Shown here: positions 17,533 through 30,424 of the stretch, piece by piece | Numbering within the stretch: position 1 is the stretch's first letter | Layout: each line of letters starts with the position of its first letter | Assembly (NCBI GenBank): GCA_963674935.2 | Contig: CAXXWZ010000007.1 | Location: 748,710 to 812,709, forward strand | Length of the DNA stretch: 64,000 nt | DNA from: Bacteroidales bacterium | GTDB taxonomy: Bacteria > Bacteroidota > Bacteroidia > Bacteroidales > GCA-2711565 | Direction: 5' to 3' | Translations under genes and position numbers: made by a program | Notes under the pieces: model-generated | Seen by the model: the letters and a program-made list of their open reading frames with translations, nothing else | The model's database searches: none | Told to the model about the DNA's origin: nothing

Positions 17533-19605
17533 ATGAAATCATTTACTCTTTTTCTGAAAACTCAGAAAGCCTATATCATTAAAGGACTTTTATTTTTAAT
17601 TTCTATTGTTTTATTGGTTTTCATCTTTCCAAAAGAAGGTAAATTTAAATACGAATTTCAACGAGGCCGACCTTGGATGCATCGAGACTTAATTGCTACC
17701 TACGATTTTGCAATTCTGAAACCCGCAGCTGAATTAGAACAAGAACGAAAGGAATTATTATCGAAAGTAAAATCTTATTTTGTTTATGATGAAATAGCTA
17801 CGGCTGCGAAACAGGAGGAATTGTATCAACGATTCGAAGCAAATTGGAATGCAAAGAATCCGGACACACCAACGGCAGAAAGACGAAAAAATTTGAACTG
17901 GGCAAGATGCAGTATCATATTCGATACGATCGTTTCGGTTGGGATCATTGAAAATTACAAGGAAATTGATGGAATTAATCAGCTGGAAGAGTTTGTATTG
18001 ATTAGAGGCAATACAGCTCAAGAAAAACGTTTTGAAGATGTATTTACAATACAGACTGCATATCAATATATACAAAATGCCATATCTCATAGTCCAAACC
18101 TGGATAAAGAACTATTATTATCAACCCTTCAAGATTTACTTTTCAGAAATATTAAATATGATCAGGCTAAGAGTGAAGAGGCAAATCTACAGGAATTAAA
18201 TAAATTATCACTTACACGTGGAATGGTTCAAACTGGAGAACGTATCATTTCAAAAGGTGACCTGGTATCAGCCGAGCGATTCCAAATTCTGGAGTCGATG
18301 CGACAGGAATATATGCAACAGTTGGGTTCTTCTGCTACCTACTACATGATCCTGCTAGGGCAATTTGTTTTGATTTCAATTTCAATGATTGTGCTGTTTT
18401 TCTTTTTACTTTATTTCCGAAGAGAAATTTTCTTTGATAATGTTAAAATTGCGCTCATTTTATTGGTTGTAATCATGATGGTTTTTATAACCAGTCTGGT
18501 TATAAAATATAATGTTGGATATCTTTATCTGGTGCCTATTTGTATTATTCCGCTCATTATCAGAGCATTTTTTGATACCCGACCGGCTTTATATGTTCAT
18601 ATCATCACCATCATTATTATTGGATTTTTGGTTCCCAATAGTTTTGAATTTGTATTTCTACAACTAATAGCCGGTATCATCTCAATAATCAGTGTTGTGC
18701 AGCTTCAGCGTAGAGCTCAGTTTTTTATTAGTTCTTTCATGATATTTTTGACTTATTCGGCTGTTTATTTTGGGCTCAGTCTTATTCAGGAAGGAAGTTT
18801 TATGGGAGTAGATTTAAAAGTCTTTTTGTTATTTGCAGGAAGTGCCATTTTAACCTTATTCTCTTATCCACTAATTTATTTATTTGAAAAAATATTCGGG
18901 CTCATTACTGACGTAACTTTAATTGAGCTTTCAAATACAAATAATAAATTGCTCCGTGAATTATCATCGGTTGCACCGGGTACGTTCCAGCATTCGATGC
19001 AGGTTGCAAATTTAGCTGAGGAAATTCTTTTTGAAATAGGAGGGAATACCTTACTTGCCAGAACCGGTGCGCTTTACCACGATATTGGAAAAATGGATTC
19101 TCCGGTTTACTTTATAGAAAATCAGCAATCAGGTGTTAATCCTCATAATAAGTTAACTCCTGATCAAAGTGTAAAAATAATTGTAAATCACATTCATCGC
19201 GGGGTAGAACTGGCAAAAAAATATATGCTACCGAAACAAGTAATTGATTTTATTGTTACGCATCAAGGGGATAGAAAGGTTGAATATTTTTATCATATGA
19301 AAATGAATAGCAGTAGTGCTGATACAATTGATGAAAAATTGTATTCTTACCCAGGTCCAATCCCGATGAGTCGTGAAACGGCTGTGGTAATGATGGCGGA
19401 CTCAGTGGAAGCTGCTTCGAGAAGCATTAAGGAACCAAACGAAGAATCTTTAAGTAATTTGGTTGAGAATATTATAGGAAAGCAGATTGATGCTGATCAA
19501 TTTATTGATTCAAATATTACTTTTAGGGAAATAACAAAAATAAAGCAGATCTTAAAAAAGAAGCTTTTGAATATTTATCATGTTAGGATTGAGTACCCTG
19601 AGTAA
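17533..19605 (+). CDS. 7TM-receptor HD/HDIG phosphohydrolase (PgpH-like)
   Basis: 690-aa ORF: extracellular N-terminal domain, about 7 TM helices (residues about 270-460), and a C-terminal HD domain (HSMQVANLAE ... LYHDIGK). Confidence 0.8.
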   Translation: MKSFTLFLKTQKAYIIKGLLFLISIVLLVFIFPKEGKFKYEFQRGRPWMHRDLIATYDFAILKPAAELEQERKELLSKVKSYFVYDEIATAAKQEELYQRFEANWNAKNPDTPTAERRKNLNWARCSIIFDTIVSVGIIENYKEIDGINQLEEFVLIRGNTAQEKRFEDVFTIQTAYQYIQNAISHSPNLDKELLLSTLQDLLFRNIKYDQAKSEEANLQELNKLSLTRGMVQTGERIISKGDLVSAERFQILESMRQEYMQQLGSSATYYMILLGQFVLISISMIVLFFFLLYFRREIFFDNVKIALILLVVIMMVFITSLVIKYNVGYLYLVPICIIPLIIRAFFDTRPALYVHIITIIIIGFLVPNSFEFVFLQLIAGIISIISVVQLQRRAQFFISSFMIFLTYSAVYFGLSLIQEGSFMGVDLKVFLLFAGSAILTLFSYPLIYLFEKIFGLITDVTLIELSNTNNKLLRELSSVAPGTFQHSMQVANLAEEILFEIGGNTLLARTGALYHDIGKMDSPVYFIENQQSGVNPHNKLTPDQSVKIIVNHIHRGVELAKKYMLPKQVIDFIVTHQGDRKVEYFYHMKMNSSSADTIDEKLYSYPGPIPMSRETAVVMMADSVEAASRSIKEPNEESLSNLVENIIGKQIDADQFIDSNITFREITKIKQILKKKLLNIYHVRIEYPE

Positions 19606-20226
19606 TTATCCAATTTTCAGTGATTGTATGTAATTTAAGGTATTAGGTCCTTCATTAAATAACAAGTCAAGGATACTTAAGTTAGAAATGAATCCGTGTT
19701 TTTGTTTATAAACTTGATAATATTCAGTGGTTTTGACAATGGGTGTTTTATATTTTGGATTGATGACCGTCCGAAGATCTTTGCTGCTTTCTAAATTTTT
19801 ATACGAATTTGTTAATATAATTGAAGTTTTTATACCGATCTCGTTCATTAAAAAAGTAAGTAAATGCAAATTGTATTCAAGTAAATTGTTCAACTCAAAT
19901 TGCATTTCTTTCCATAATTCATCTTTGTAATACATGAAAAAAGCAGATGCATTGTATGCAGTTCGCAATGATTTCCAATGTTGAAGCCTCCAATTAGTAT
20001 GCTCAGAAATTTCAATATCCTTCGTCTTGGTATGATTGCCATTAACTTTAATAATAGGGATGGTAAGTGATTGTAATCCATTTGGTGCATATATATTGCA
20101 TCGATTCCGATAGGTTTGCTTGGCATAAGTCTCATGCCCTTCAATTAATATCTTATCCGAGTGTGAAATAAAATAAAAATATTCAATAGGAGGAAAGTAA
20201 GCGGTGCTAAGTAGAATTTGATCCAT
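19606..20226 (-). CDS. WbqC-like family protein
   Basis: 206-aa ORF. N-terminus LLSTAYFPPIEYFYFI...YAKQTYRNRCNIYAPNG resembles the WbqC family pattern as I remember it. Confidence 0.6.
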   Translation of the reverse strand: MDQILLSTAYFPPIEYFYFISHSDKILIEGHETYAKQTYRNRCNIYAPNGLQSLTIPIIKVNGNHTKTKDIEISEHTNWRLQHWKSLRTAYNASAFFMYYKDELWKEMQFELNNLLEYNLHLLTFLMNEIGIKTSIILTNSYKNLESSKDLRTVINPKYKTPIVKTTEYYQVYKQKHGFISNLSILDLLFNEGPNTLNYIQSLKIG

Positions 20227-20250
20227 AAACCAGGTAAATTAACGAGATGT

Positions 20251-20290
20251 AAAAATAAAAAAAAACCGTCTCGGTTTAACGAGACGGTTT
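20251..20290 (-). terminator. rho-independent terminator after the thioredoxin genes
   Basis: ACCGTCTCG-gtttaa-CGAGACGGT (20265-20288). On the minus strand it is followed by a long U-run (plus-strand A-run 20251-20265). Confidence 0.75.
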
Positions 20291-20314
20291 TTCAAACCTA
20301 TCTTAAATATTCAA

Positions 20315-20689
20315 TTAATTCGCGTTATTCGCCGTTTTCGCTTTTAAAAGAACTTCTTCGATAGCTTGTTTCAGTGAATCTTTTGGTAAAGCTCCTTGAG
20401 CCATTTGTGGTTGACCATCTTGTGGGCAAAACAACATTGAAGGAATACTTCTAATACCAAAAGCACCTGCTAATTCTTGTTCAGCTTCGGTATCAACTTT
20501 ATAAATATTGATTTTACCTTCATATTCTTTTGATAATTCTTCAAGGATAGGAGCAACCATTTTACATGGTCCACACCAGTCTGCATAAAAATCTATCAAA
20601 CATGGAAGTTCACCTTCGAATTTCCACTCTTTATTTTTTTCGTAATTAAAAACTTTTTCTGTAAATGCTTGTTTTGTTAAATGTTCCAT
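20315..20689 (-). CDS. trxA: thioredoxin
   Basis: 124-aa ORF with the WCGPCK active site. Confidence 0.85.
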   Translation of the reverse strand: MEHLTKQAFTEKVFNYEKNKEWKFEGELPCLIDFYADWCGPCKMVAPILEELSKEYEGKINIYKVDTEAEQELAGAFGIRSIPSMLFCPQDGQPQMAQGALPKDSLKQAIEEVLLKAKTANNAN

Positions 20690-20715
20690 TTTTGTGATGT
20701 TATATGATGTTTACT

Positions 20716-21234
20716 TTATTTTTGACTTGCTGCACCACCACTTTGTGTTGATGGTAATAAAAATTCATTGATAACTTTTTCGTAATAATCTTTTGACATT
20801 GCGCCGGCTTGTTTCATCGGTTGACCATTTTTTGGTACAAACAAAATTGCAGGAATTCCCGTGATCTGGAAAATAGAAGCCAACTCTCTCTCGGTTTGAG
20901 TGTCGACTTTGTAAATTTTAATTTTTCCATCATAATCATTAGAAAGTTCTTCCATAATAGGCGCAACCATTTTACAAGGCTGACACCAGTCTGCATAAAA
21001 GTCGATGATACAGGGTTCTGTTCCTAAGTATGACCATTCTTGAGGATTTGTTTCAAAATCCCATACCTTTTCTTTAAAAGTAGCGTATGTCAAATGTTCA
21101 GGATGTGTTTTTCCATCATCACTAATTGTAGTTTCTGATTGTTGGCTTTCTTCAGATTTTTTGTCTTCGGCTGAAGCACATCCAAATATTATCATTCCGA
21201 TAAGTAGTAAAACGATTAAATTAAGTCTTTTCAT
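20716..21234 (-). CDS. thioredoxin-domain lipoprotein
   Basis: 172-aa ORF with lipobox IIFGCAS and active site WCQPCK. Its thioredoxin domain is paralogous to the downstream trx gene. Confidence 0.8.
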   Translation of the reverse strand: MKRLNLIVLLLIGMIIFGCASAEDKKSEESQQSETTISDDGKTHPEHLTYATFKEKVWDFETNPQEWSYLGTEPCIIDFYADWCQPCKMVAPIMEELSNDYDGKIKIYKVDTQTERELASIFQITGIPAILFVPKNGQPMKQAGAMSKDYYEKVINEFLLPSTQSGGAASQK

Positions 21235-21377
21235 TATTATGTTTATTAAATTTTATGCAAATATATAAATAATTATATATTAAAGCGCATTAATATCACT
21301 AATTATTTTAACTTTGTATCAATAACTATTCCAAATATTTAAGGAATAGAGATAAATACCTAGTTAACCAACATAAT

Positions 21378-21791
21378 ATGAGCGTTTTAATAAATCAACT
21401 TGATTTAAGTCAGTTTAATGACAAATTTACAGACCAAGACAGCTGTTTGCAATATTTGGCTGAACTAAAATGGTCGGATGGTTATATTTGTCGGAAATGT
21501 GGCCATACAAATTATTGTAGTGGAAAGACCAATTTTTCACGTAGATGTACAAGATGTAAATCGGAAGAATCTGCAACAGCACATACGATCTTTCATCGAT
21601 GTAAAATTGATTTGGTTGATGCTTTTGAAATTGCATTTAGTGTTTGTAAGGAGCCGGGAATTTCAACATATGATTTGGCTAAAAAATTAGATCGCCGCCA
21701 AATGACCTGCTGGAAGTTTAAAAAGAAAATTATTGAATGTATAGAGAAAGAAGGAGCGTTGATTCTTTTCGATTTTAAAAAGGATAACTAG
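21378..21791 (+). CDS. IS1595-type transposase zinc-ribbon domain protein (no DDE domain)
   Basis: 137-aa ORF. CLQYLAELKWSDGYICRKCGH...RRCTRCKSEES matches the N-terminal Zn-ribbon of IS1595-family transposases. No catalytic domain and no flanking inverted repeats seen. Followed by a hairpin at 21803-21832. Confidence 0.6.
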   Translation: MSVLINQLDLSQFNDKFTDQDSCLQYLAELKWSDGYICRKCGHTNYCSGKTNFSRRCTRCKSEESATAHTIFHRCKIDLVDAFEIAFSVCKEPGISTYDLAKKLDRRQMTCWKFKKKIIECIEKEGALILFDFKKDN

Positions 21792-21852
21792 TAAAATAAA
21801 TAGCGCAACGAGGGTTTTAAACCCTCGTCGCGTTAAATAGCTAAAGAATTAA

Positions 21853-21889
21853 GAAAAAAAAAGCTCTCAGATTTCTGAGAGCTTTTTTT
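21853..21889 (-). terminator. rho-independent terminator ending the rpoBC transcription unit
   Basis: AAGCTCTCAG-attt-CTGAGAGCTT (21861-21884) flanked by A- and T-runs, immediately after the DUF3467 gene stop. Confidence 0.75.
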
Positions 21890-21891
21890 AT

Positions 21892-22209
21892 TTAGGCTTG
21901 AGCAGTAGGACCGCCAAAATTAATTGGTGGAACACCTTCGCCAGCTATGGGTTCTTTAATTTTACCGTGAATGGCTTCAAATTTTAAAATATTATCCTGA
22001 AGTGCACGCAACAATCGTTTAGCATGTTGGGGTGTTAAAATTACCCGCGACTTAACTTTAGCCTTAGGCACACCTGGCATCATTTTAATAAAATCAACAA
22101 TAAATTCTGCATTTGAGTGAGTGATCATTGCCAGATTGGCATAAATACCTTCAGCAATTTCTTCGCTCAATTCAATGTTTATTTGTTTTTGATTATTTTG
22201 ATCATTCAT
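21892..22209 (-). CDS. DUF3467 domain protein
   Basis: 105-aa ORF 18 nt downstream of rpoC. In Bacteroidota this position is typically occupied by a DUF3467 gene (from memory). Confidence 0.6.
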   Translation of the reverse strand: MNDQNNQKQINIELSEEIAEGIYANLAMITHSNAEFIVDFIKMMPGVPKAKVKSRVILTPQHAKRLLRALQDNILKFEAIHGKIKEPIAGEGVPPINFGGPTAQA

Positions 22210-22227
22210 AAAACAAAGATTTATTTA

Positions 22228-25200
22228 TTATTCTTCACTAACTTCAGCTTTCGCTGCCATTAATGCTTCGTATTCTTCGCTAGAACCTGTAATTATTTTT
22301 TGATAATCACGAAGTCCTGTACCTGCAGGAATTTTATGTCCAACAATTACATTCTCTTTCAAGCCAAGTAAATGGTCAGCTTTGGCCATAATTGAAGCTT
22401 GAGTTAGTACTTTTGTTGTTTCCTGGAAGGATGCAGCAGAGATAAAACTATTGGTTTGTAGTGATGCACGTGTTATTCCCTGAAGCACCTGGCGAGCAGT
22501 TGCCGGAGAAGCTTCTCTTGAAACAATGAGTGCTTTATCCTTACGTTTAAGCATAGAGTTCTCATCTCTCAATTTACGAGCACTTACAATTTGTCCAGCT
22601 TTAAAATTATCAGATTCACCAGAGTCTTCAACTACTTTCTTTCCGAAAATTTCATCATTCTCGTCCATAAAAGCAATTTTGTTAACGAGTTCCCCTTCTA
22701 GGAATTTAGTGTCGCCTGGGTCTGCAACTTCCACTTTACGCATCATTTGACGTACGATGACCTCGAAATGCTTATCGTTAATTTTCACACCTTGTAATCG
22801 ATAAACTTCCTGGATTTCGTTTACGATATATTCTTGAACTTTCATAGGTCCTTTAATTGCAAGGATGTCAGCAGGTGTCATAACACCTTCTGATAATGGA
22901 GTTCCGGCTTTTACATAATCGTTTTCCTGAGCAAGGATTTGTTTACTGGTAGAAATAAGATATCTCTTTTCTTCACCTGTTTTTGAAGTGATTATAACTT
23001 CACGATTTCCACGTTTAAGTTTTTTACCAAAGCTTACTACACCATCAATTTCAGATACAACAGCTGGGTCGGAAGGATTACGAGCTTCAAATAACTCAGT
23101 TACCCTTGGAAGACCACCTGTGATATCACCAGATTTTCCAATGGCTCGAGGAATTTTAACAAGAACTTCACCAGCTTTAACTTTGGCATTTTCGCTAACA
23201 ATGATGTGAGATCCAACAGGAATATCATAAGATCTGATTTCAACTCCATCAGCATTAAGGATAGAGATGTTTGGATTTTTAGATTTAGAACGCGATTCAA
23301 TAACTACTTTGTCTTGATAACCCGTTTGCTCATCCGATTCAACACGATAAGTTAAACCTTCAATGATATTATTAAATACGGTTTTACCATTTACATCAGT
23401 TAAGATTACAGCATTGTATGGATCCCAAGAACTAATTAAAGTTCCTTTTTTGATATCTATTCCACTTTTAACCATCAATGAAGATCCGTAAGGGATGTTA
23501 CCAGAGGTTAAAACGATTTGTGTTTTCTTATCTAATATTCGCATTTCTGCTGATCGTCCAACTACGATATCGTATTTTTCTCCGGCTTCGTTTTTATATT
23601 CAACTGAGCGTAATTCATCAATTTCAAGAATACCATCAAATTTTGCTTCAATTTTTGATAAAATGGCAACATTAGATGCAGTACCCCCAACGTGGAATGT
23701 ACGAAGTGTTAACTGGGTTCCTGGTTCACCAATTGATTGAGCAGCAATTACTCCAACAGATTCTCCTCTTTGAACCATTCGGCCTGAAGCAAGGTTACGA
23801 CCATAGCATTTTGCACAAACACCATGTTTTGATTCGCAGGTAAGTACCGAACGAATTTCAACTGCTTCAATAGGAGATTCATCAATTAAACGACTTATAT
23901 CTTCAGTTAGTTCCTCACCCGATTTGATAATTAACTCTTCAGTTATTGGATGAAAAATATCATGTACTGTTGTTCTTCCTAAAATTCGGTCATATAATGA
24001 TTCAACAACCTCTTCACTTTTCTTCAGCGCAGCAGTTGTTAAACCTCTTAAAGTTCCACAATCTTCTTCGGAAATGATAACATCTTGAGCAACATCAACC
24101 AAACGTCTGGTTAAGTAACCAGCATCAGCAGTTTTAAGCGCTGTATCAGCTAAACCCTTACGAGCACCGTGAGTTGAAATAAAATACTCAAGAACTGAAA
24201 GACCTTCTTTAAAGTTTGAAAGAATTGGATTCTCAATAATTTCACCTCCGGTTGCACCTGATTTTTGAGGTTTGGCCATCAATCCCCTCATTCCTGATAA
24301 CTGACGAATCTGTTCTTTTGATCCCCTAGCTCCAGAATCCAGCATCATATATACTGAATTGAAGCCTTGTTGGTCTTTTGAAATTTGATCCATCAAAGTA
24401 TGGGTGAGTTGAGAGTTGGTATGTGTCCAAATATCAATAATCTGGTTATAACGTTCGTTATTGGTAATGAATCCCATGTTATAGTTATTCATCACTTCCT
24501 CTACTTCTAAATTAGCATCTGCAACGAGTTGAACTTTTTCTTCAGGAATTAATACATCACCTAAATTGAAAGATAAACCACCTTCGAATGCCATTGTAAA
24601 TCCAAGATGTTTAATATCATCAAGAAATTTAGTTGTAACGGCAGTGCCAGTTCTTCTAACAACATCACCAATAATATCTCGTAATGCCTTTTTAGTTAGG
24701 AGTTGGTTAATATAACCGTATTCTTCCGGAACAACCTGATTGAATAAAACCCTACCAACAGTTGTTTCTATTAGTTTATTAACCTTTACCCCATTTTCAA
24801 TATCATTCGTTTTTACACTAATAAGCGCATGGAGATCAACTTTGTTTTCGTTATAAGCAATGATTACTTCCTCGGGAGAATAAAATTTATAACCTTCGCC
24901 TTTAATAGGATACTCAGGTGTGTTTTTTCTACCTTTGGTCATATAATATAACCCCAAAACCATGTCCTGAGATGGCACTGTAATAGGTGCACCATTAGCA
25001 GGATTAAGAATATTGTGAGATGCAAGCATCAAGATTTGGGTTTCCAGAATTGCAGCATTTCCTAACGGAACGTGAACAGCCATTTGGTCACCATCAAAGT
25101 CGGCATTGAAAGCAGTACAAACCAATGGGTGTAATTGAATCGCTTTTCCCTCAATTAATTTAGGCTGAAATGCCTGAATTCCTAAACGGTGAAGGGTAGG

Positions 25201-26520
25201 AGCACGGTTTAACATGATTGGGTGACCTTTCAAAATGTTTTCAAGGATATCCCAGACAACCGGATCTTTGCGGTCAACAATTTTCTTGGCAGATTTTACA
25301 GTTTTAACAATTCCTCTTTCGAGCATTTTTCGAATGATAAACGGCTTGAATAATTCAGAAGCCATATCTTTCGGAATACCACACTCATTAAGTTTTAAAT
25401 TTGGTCCAACAACAATTACTGAACGACCTGAATAATCAACACGTTTACCAAGTAAGTTTTGACGGAAACGCCCTTGCTTACCTTTTAAACTGTCACTTAA
25501 TGATTTTAGAGCTCTGTTGGATTCTGTTTTAACAGAATTTGCTTTTCTTGAATTATCGAATAATGAATCAACTGCTTCCTGAAGCATACGTTTTTCATTA
25601 CGCATGATTACATCCGGTGCTTTGATTTCAATTAATCGTTTTAATCGGTTATTACGAATAATAACACGACGATATAAATCATTTAAATCGGAAGTTGCAA
25701 AACGACCACCATCAAGAGGTACCAAAGGACGTAATTCTGGCGGAATTACTGGTACAACTTTAACGATCATCCATTCCGGTCTGTTTTCGATTCTGGTTCG
25801 GGCATCACGGAATGCTTCATATACCTGAAGTCTTTTTAAAGCTTCTGCTTTACGTTGTTGAGATGTTTCGGTATTTGCTTTGTGACGAAGATCGAATGAC
25901 ATTTGATCAAGATCAAGTCTGGCCAAAAGATCATGAATTGCTTCAGCACCCATTTTTGCAATAAACTTGTCAGGATCAGAATCATCGAGGTATTGGTTTT
26001 CGGCTGGAAGACTTTCGATGATATCGAAATATTCTTCTTCAGTTAAAAAATCAAGATAATTGATACCTTCAGGAGCTTTAATACCTGCATTGATAACAAT
26101 GTATCGCTCGTAATAAATAATCATGTCGAGCTTCTTGGTTTGTAAACCAAGCAAAGCACCTATTTTATTAGGTAATGAACGGAAAAACCAAATATGTGCC
26201 ACAGGTACAACAAGCTGGATGTGACCAATACGTTCACGTCTTACCTTTTTCTCGGTAACTTCTACCCCACAACGATCACAAACAATACCTTTATAACGAA
26301 TTCTTTTGTATTTACCGCAATGACATTCCCAATCCTTAACAGGGCCGAAGATTCTTTCACAGAACAATCCGTCGCGTTCAGGTTTATAGGTACGATAGTT
26401 AATGGTTTCCGGTTTGAGAACTTCACCACTTGATTTTTCAAGAATTGCTTCAGGAGAAGCAAGACTAATGGTCATTTTAGAGAATGTTCCAGTTCCGGGG
26501 TTTTCTTTTCGAAAAGCCAT
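22228..26520 (-). CDS. rpoC: DNA-directed RNA polymerase subunit beta'
   Basis: 1430-aa ORF with the [12 protein letters not shown] catalytic motif and a Zn-binding [23 protein letters not shown] motif. Confidence 0.98.
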   Translation of the reverse strand: MAFRKENPGTGTFSKMTISLASPEAILEKSSGEVLKPETINYRTYKPERDGLFCERIFGPVKDWECHCGKYKRIRYKGIVCDRCGVEVTEKKVRRERIGHIQLVVPVAHIWFFRSLPNKIGALLGLQTKKLDMIIYYERYIVINAGIKAPEGINYLDFLTEEEYFDIIESLPAENQYLDDSDPDKFIAKMGAEAIHDLLARLDLDQMSFDLRHKANTETSQQRKAEALKRLQVYEAFRDARTRIENRPEWMIVKVVPVIPPELRPLVPLDGGRFATSDLNDLYRRVIIRNNRLKRLIEIKAPDVIMRNEKRMLQEAVDSLFDNSRKANSVKTESNRALKSLSDSLKGKQGRFRQNLLGKRVDYSGRSVIVVGPNLKLNECGIPKDMASELFKPFIIRKMLERGIVKTVKSAKKIVDRKDPVVWDILENILKGHPIMLNRAPTLHRLGIQAFQPKLIEGKAIQLHPLVCTAFNADFDGDQMAVHVPLGNAAILETQILMLASHNILNPANGAPITVPSQDMVLGLYYMTKGRKNTPEYPIKGEGYKFYSPEEVIIAYNENKVDLHALISVKTNDIENGVKVNKLIETTVGRVLFNQVVPEEYGYINQLLTKKALRDIIGDVVRRTGTAVTTKFLDDIKHLGFTMAFEGGLSFNLGDVLIPEEKVQLVADANLEVEEVMNNYNMGFITNNERYNQIIDIWTHTNSQLTHTLMDQISKDQQGFNSVYMMLDSGARGSKEQIRQLSGMRGLMAKPQKSGATGGEIIENPILSNFKEGLSVLEYFISTHGARKGLADTALKTADAGYLTRRLVDVAQDVIISEEDCGTLRGLTTAALKKSEEVVESLYDRILGRTTVHDIFHPITEELIIKSGEELTEDISRLIDESPIEAVEIRSVLTCESKHGVCAKCYGRNLASGRMVQRGESVGVIAAQSIGEPGTQLTLRTFHVGGTASNVAILSKIEAKFDGILEIDELRSVEYKNEAGEKYDIVVGRSAEMRILDKKTQIVLTSGNIPYGSSLMVKSGIDIKKGTLISSWDPYNAVILTDVNGKTVFNNIIEGLTYRVESDEQTGYQDKVVIESRSKSKNPNISILNADGVEIRSYDIPVGSHIIVSENAKVKAGEVLVKIPRAIGKSGDITGGLPRVTELFEARNPSDPAVVSEIDGVVSFGKKLKRGNREVIITSKTGEEKRYLISTSKQILAQENDYVKAGTPLSEGVMTPADILAIKGPMKVQEYIVNEIQEVYRLQGVKINDKHFEVIVRQMMRKVEVADPGDTKFLEGELVNKIAFMDENDEIFGKKVVEDSGESDNFKAGQIVSARKLRDENSMLKRKDKALIVSREASPATARQVLQGITRASLQTNSFISAASFQETTKVLTQASIMAKADHLLGLKENVIVGHKIPAGTGLRDYQKIITGSSEEYEALMAAKAEVSEE

Positions 26521-26600
26521 ATGTTGAGTTTAATTTGAATTTGTAAAGAACAAAAAGTGTATGCACAAGGATATTTTAGAATACCCTTGTGCAAATATTT

Positions 26601-29600
26601 TTAATCAAATGTTACCTTTAAGCCAAGGCCTTGCAGTTCGTGTACCAATACATTAAAAGACTCAGGCAAGCCAGGAGTTGGCATGTTTTCACCTTTAACA
26701 ATTGATTCGTAAGCTTTAGCCCTCCCGATAACATCATCCGATTTAACGGTAAGGATTTCCTGGAGAACGTTGGATGCACCAAATGCTTCAAGTGCCCAAA
26801 CCTCCATTTCACCAAATCGCTGACCACCAAACTGTGCTTTACCACCCAAAGGTTGTTGCGTAATAAGTGAATAAGGTCCGATTGAACGAGCGTGCATTTT
26901 GTCATCCACCATATGGTGAAGTTTCAGCATATAGATATAACCTACCGTTGCTGGCTGGTCAAATCGTTTTCCTGTTCCTCCATCATTTAGATATACTCTC
27001 CCATTTTCAGGTAAATTAGCATCGGTTAAATATCGGTTGATTTCATCTACACTGGCACCATCAAAAATAGGAGTTGCAAATTTAACGCCCATTTTTTTAC
27101 CAGCCCAACCAAGTACTGTTTCGTAAATCTGCCCAAGGTTCATCCTTGAAGGAACTCCCAACGGATTTAATACGATATCTACCGGTGTACCATCATCTAG
27201 GAATGGCATGTCTTCTTCACGTACAATTTTTGCAACAATACCTTTGTTACCATGACGACCAGCCATTTTATCTCCAACTTTAAGTTTACGCTTTTTAGCT
27301 ACATAAACTTTTGCCATCTGAATAATTCCATTTGGAAGGTCATCACCAACAGTTGCTACAAATCTTTTACGATTGAAAACTCCAAGTAATTCTTTATGTT
27401 TAATGTTGTAATTATTGATCAATGTTTTAATCAAATCGTTCTTATCCTTATCAGTTGTCCATTTATTTGGATTGATATTAGCATAATCAACGGCGATCAA
27501 TAATTTTTGAGTAAATTTTGATTTCTTAGGAATGATTTCCTCTTTGTAGTTGTTAAAAACTCCTTGCGAAGTTTTACCACTCACCAGTACATTAAGTTTT
27601 TCAACAAGTTTTTCTTTTAACTCAGCTGCGTCTCTTAAATGTTCATCTTCCAAGGCCTGAATAATTTCTTTTTCACGAACTTTGGATTTTCTGTCTTTAA
27701 TAACTCTTGAGAATAACTTTTTATTTACCACAACCCCCTTCATTGAAGGTGGTGCTTTAAGTGAAGCATTCTTCACATCTCCAGCTTTGTCGCCGAAAAT
27801 TGCACGTAAAAGTTTTTCCTCAGGTGTAGGATCACTTTCTCCTTTCGGAGTAATTTTTCCTATCAGGATATCTCCTTCATTAACTTCAGCACCAATTCTT
27901 ATTAAACCGTTTTCGTCTAAATCTTTGGTAGCTTCAGCACTTACGTTTGGAATATCGTTTGTTAATTCTTCAATTCCACGTTTTGTATCTCTAACTTCAA
28001 GTGTAAATTCTTCAATATGAACTGAAGTAAAGATATCTTCTTTAACAACTCGTTCAGAAATTACAATAGCATCCTCAAAATTATATCCTTTCCAAGGCAT
28101 AAAAGCAACCATTAGGTTTCTTCCCAAAGCAAGCTCACCCTTTTGGGTTGCATAACCTTCGCATAAAACCATTCCTTTGGATACTTTATCACCTTTTCGA
28201 ACAATAGGTCGTAAATTGATGCTTGTATTCTGATTGGTACGTGTAAATTTAGTTAAGGTATAAGTTTTTAGATCATCTTCGAAACTAACAAGTCGATCTG
28301 TATCTGTTCTCTCGTATCTGATTTTAATAGTATCAGAGTCAACAAATTCAACGGTACCCTCACCTTCTGCATTAATTAATACGCGTGAATCACGAACAAC
28401 CTGGCCTTCAATTCCGGTTCCAACAATAGGACTTTCAGAATTTAATAGAGGCACAGCCTGACGCATCATATTTGATCCCATCAATGCACGGTTGGCATCG
28501 TCATGCTCCAAAAATGGAATAAGTGATGCAGCTATCGATGCAATTTGATTAGGGGCGATATCAATAAGGTCAACCTTTTCTTTTTCGATAATTGGATAAT
28601 CAGCTAAAAACCTAGCTTTTACCTTATCTCTTTGAAATGTTAAACCATCTTCTCTAAGAATAGTACTTGCCTGAGCAATGATTTTTTTCTCTTCTTCTTC
28701 AGCACTTAAATAAATAGGTTCAACTCCACCTTCAATTTTCCCTTCAATTACATTTCTATAAGGAGTTTCGATGAATCCGAGTTTATTTATTTTCGCAAAT
28801 ACACAAAGTGAAGAAATTAAACCAATATTTGGTCCCTCAGGAGTTTCAATGGTACAAAGTCGTCCGTAGTGCGTATAGTGAACATCACGAACCTCAAAGC
28901 CAGCACGCTCACGAGATAAACCACCTGGACCTAAAGCAGAAACACGACGTTTGTGTGTAACTTCAGATAGGGGATTGGTTTGATCCATAAATTGTGAAAG
29001 CTGATTCGTTCCGAAGAAAGAATTAATAACAGATGATAATGTTTTTGCATTAATCAGATCGGTAGGGGTGAAAACCTCATTGTCACGAACATTCATTCTC
29101 TCTCGGATGGTACGAGCCATTCTGGCCAATCCAACACCGAATTGAGAATATAATTGCTCACCAACAGTTCTTACCCTACGATTACTTAAGTGATCAATAT
29201 CATCAACATCTGCCTTAGCATTAATCAAATTAATAAGATATTTAATGATAGAAATAATATCTTCTTTGGTTAATACCTTTGTTTCGGCAGGTGTATCGTT
29301 TTGCAACTTTTTATTAATTCGATATCGTCCAACATCTCCTAAATCATAACGTTTGTCTGAGAAAAAGAGTTTATCGATGATTCCTCTGGCAGTTTCTTCG
29401 TCAGGAGGTTCAGCATTACGTAACTGTCGATAAATAAATTCAACAGCTTCTTTTTCAGAGTTTGCGGTATCTTTTTGTAGGGTGTTGAAAATGATACTGT
29501 AATCAGAAGCATTTGCATCATCTTTGTGAATAAGAATTGTTTTAATTCCTGCATCTACAATCAAATCGATGTGCTTGTTTTCTAATTCAGTTTCTCTGTC

Positions 29601-30410
29601 GATGATAACCTCAGTTCTTTCGATAGAAACAACTTCTCCGGTATCTTCATCAACAAAATCTTCGATCCACGACCTTAAAACACGTGCTGCAAGCTTACGG
29701 CCTACAACTCTTTTTAACCCAGCTTTACTAACTTTTACAGTTTCAGCTAAATCAAATATTTCAAGGATGTCTTTATCACTTTCAAATCCAATTGCTCTTA
29801 ATAATGTAGTAACCGGTAATTTTTTCTTACGGTCGATGTATGCATACATCACATTATTAATATCAGTTGTGAATTCCATCCATGATCCCTTAAAAGGAAT
29901 AATACGGGCAGAAAACAATTGAGATCCGTTTGCGTGATAGTTGGTTCCGAAGAATACACCAGGTGAACGGTGCAATTGAGAAACAACAACTCTTTCGGCT
30001 CCATTTACCACGAAAGTACCTTTTGGGGTCATATAAGGAATCATCCCAAGGTACACATCCTGAATAATGGTTTCAAAATCTTCATGATCAGGATCAGTAC
30101 AATAAAGCTTAAGTTTTGCTTTTAGAGGTACACTATAAGTGAGACCTCTCTCAATACATTCTTCTATTGAATACCTGGGAGGATCAACAAAATAATCCAG
30201 GAATTCAAGTACAAAATTATTTCTTGCATCTGTTATCGGAAAGTTTTCTGCGAAAACTTTATACAAACCTTCATTAACACGATTTTCAGGATTTGTTTCC
30301 AACTGGAAAAAATCCTGAAAAGATTTTAATTGAATATCCAGAAAATCAGGGTATTCGGTCTGAATTCGGGTAGATGCGAAGTTTACTCTTTCAGTTTTTA
30401 GAATTGCCAA
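26601..30410 (-). CDS. rpoB: DNA-directed RNA polymerase subunit beta (TTG start as drawn in the ORF track)
   Basis: 1269-aa ORF with conserved RpoB blocks ([35 protein letters not shown]-like [15 protein letters not shown]). Confidence 0.98.
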   Translation of the reverse strand: MAILKTERVNFASTRIQTEYPDFLDIQLKSFQDFFQLETNPENRVNEGLYKVFAENFPITDARNNFVLEFLDYFVDPPRYSIEECIERGLTYSVPLKAKLKLYCTDPDHEDFETIIQDVYLGMIPYMTPKGTFVVNGAERVVVSQLHRSPGVFFGTNYHANGSQLFSARIIPFKGSWMEFTTDINNVMYAYIDRKKKLPVTTLLRAIGFESDKDILEIFDLAETVKVSKAGLKRVVGRKLAARVLRSWIEDFVDEDTGEVVSIERTEVIIDRETELENKHIDLIVDAGIKTILIHKDDANASDYSIIFNTLQKDTANSEKEAVEFIYRQLRNAEPPDEETARGIIDKLFFSDKRYDLGDVGRYRINKKLQNDTPAETKVLTKEDIISIIKYLINLINAKADVDDIDHLSNRRVRTVGEQLYSQFGVGLARMARTIRERMNVRDNEVFTPTDLINAKTLSSVINSFFGTNQLSQFMDQTNPLSEVTHKRRVSALGPGGLSRERAGFEVRDVHYTHYGRLCTIETPEGPNIGLISSLCVFAKINKLGFIETPYRNVIEGKIEGGVEPIYLSAEEEEKKIIAQASTILREDGLTFQRDKVKARFLADYPIIEKEKVDLIDIAPNQIASIAASLIPFLEHDDANRALMGSNMMRQAVPLLNSESPIVGTGIEGQVVRDSRVLINAEGEGTVEFVDSDTIKIRYERTDTDRLVSFEDDLKTYTLTKFTRTNQNTSINLRPIVRKGDKVSKGMVLCEGYATQKGELALGRNLMVAFMPWKGYNFEDAIVISERVVKEDIFTSVHIEEFTLEVRDTKRGIEELTNDIPNVSAEATKDLDENGLIRIGAEVNEGDILIGKITPKGESDPTPEEKLLRAIFGDKAGDVKNASLKAPPSMKGVVVNKKLFSRVIKDRKSKVREKEIIQALEDEHLRDAAELKEKLVEKLNVLVSGKTSQGVFNNYKEEIIPKKSKFTQKLLIAVDYANINPNKWTTDKDKNDLIKTLINNYNIKHKELLGVFNRKRFVATVGDDLPNGIIQMAKVYVAKKRKLKVGDKMAGRHGNKGIVAKIVREEDMPFLDDGTPVDIVLNPLGVPSRMNLGQIYETVLGWAGKKMGVKFATPIFDGASVDEINRYLTDANLPENGRVYLNDGGTGKRFDQPATVGYIYMLKLHHMVDDKMHARSIGPYSLITQQPLGGKAQFGGQRFGEMEVWALEAFGASNVLQEILTVKSDDVIGRAKAYESIVKGENMPTPGLPESFNVLVHELQGLGLKVTFD

Positions 30411-30424
30411 GGTTTTAAAGTTTT

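Noticed and set aside
22526-30000. Many 60-120 aa ORFs antisense to or overlapping rpoC/rpoB, for example 22526..22750, 23478..23740, 25604..25828, 27682..28020 and 29569..29922.
   Set aside because: They lie entirely inside long, highly conserved genes on the opposite strand or in alternative frames. They have low-complexity composition and no independent signals, so they are typical shadow ORFs. The same applies to 34035..34409 in tuf and 30625..30954 in rplL.
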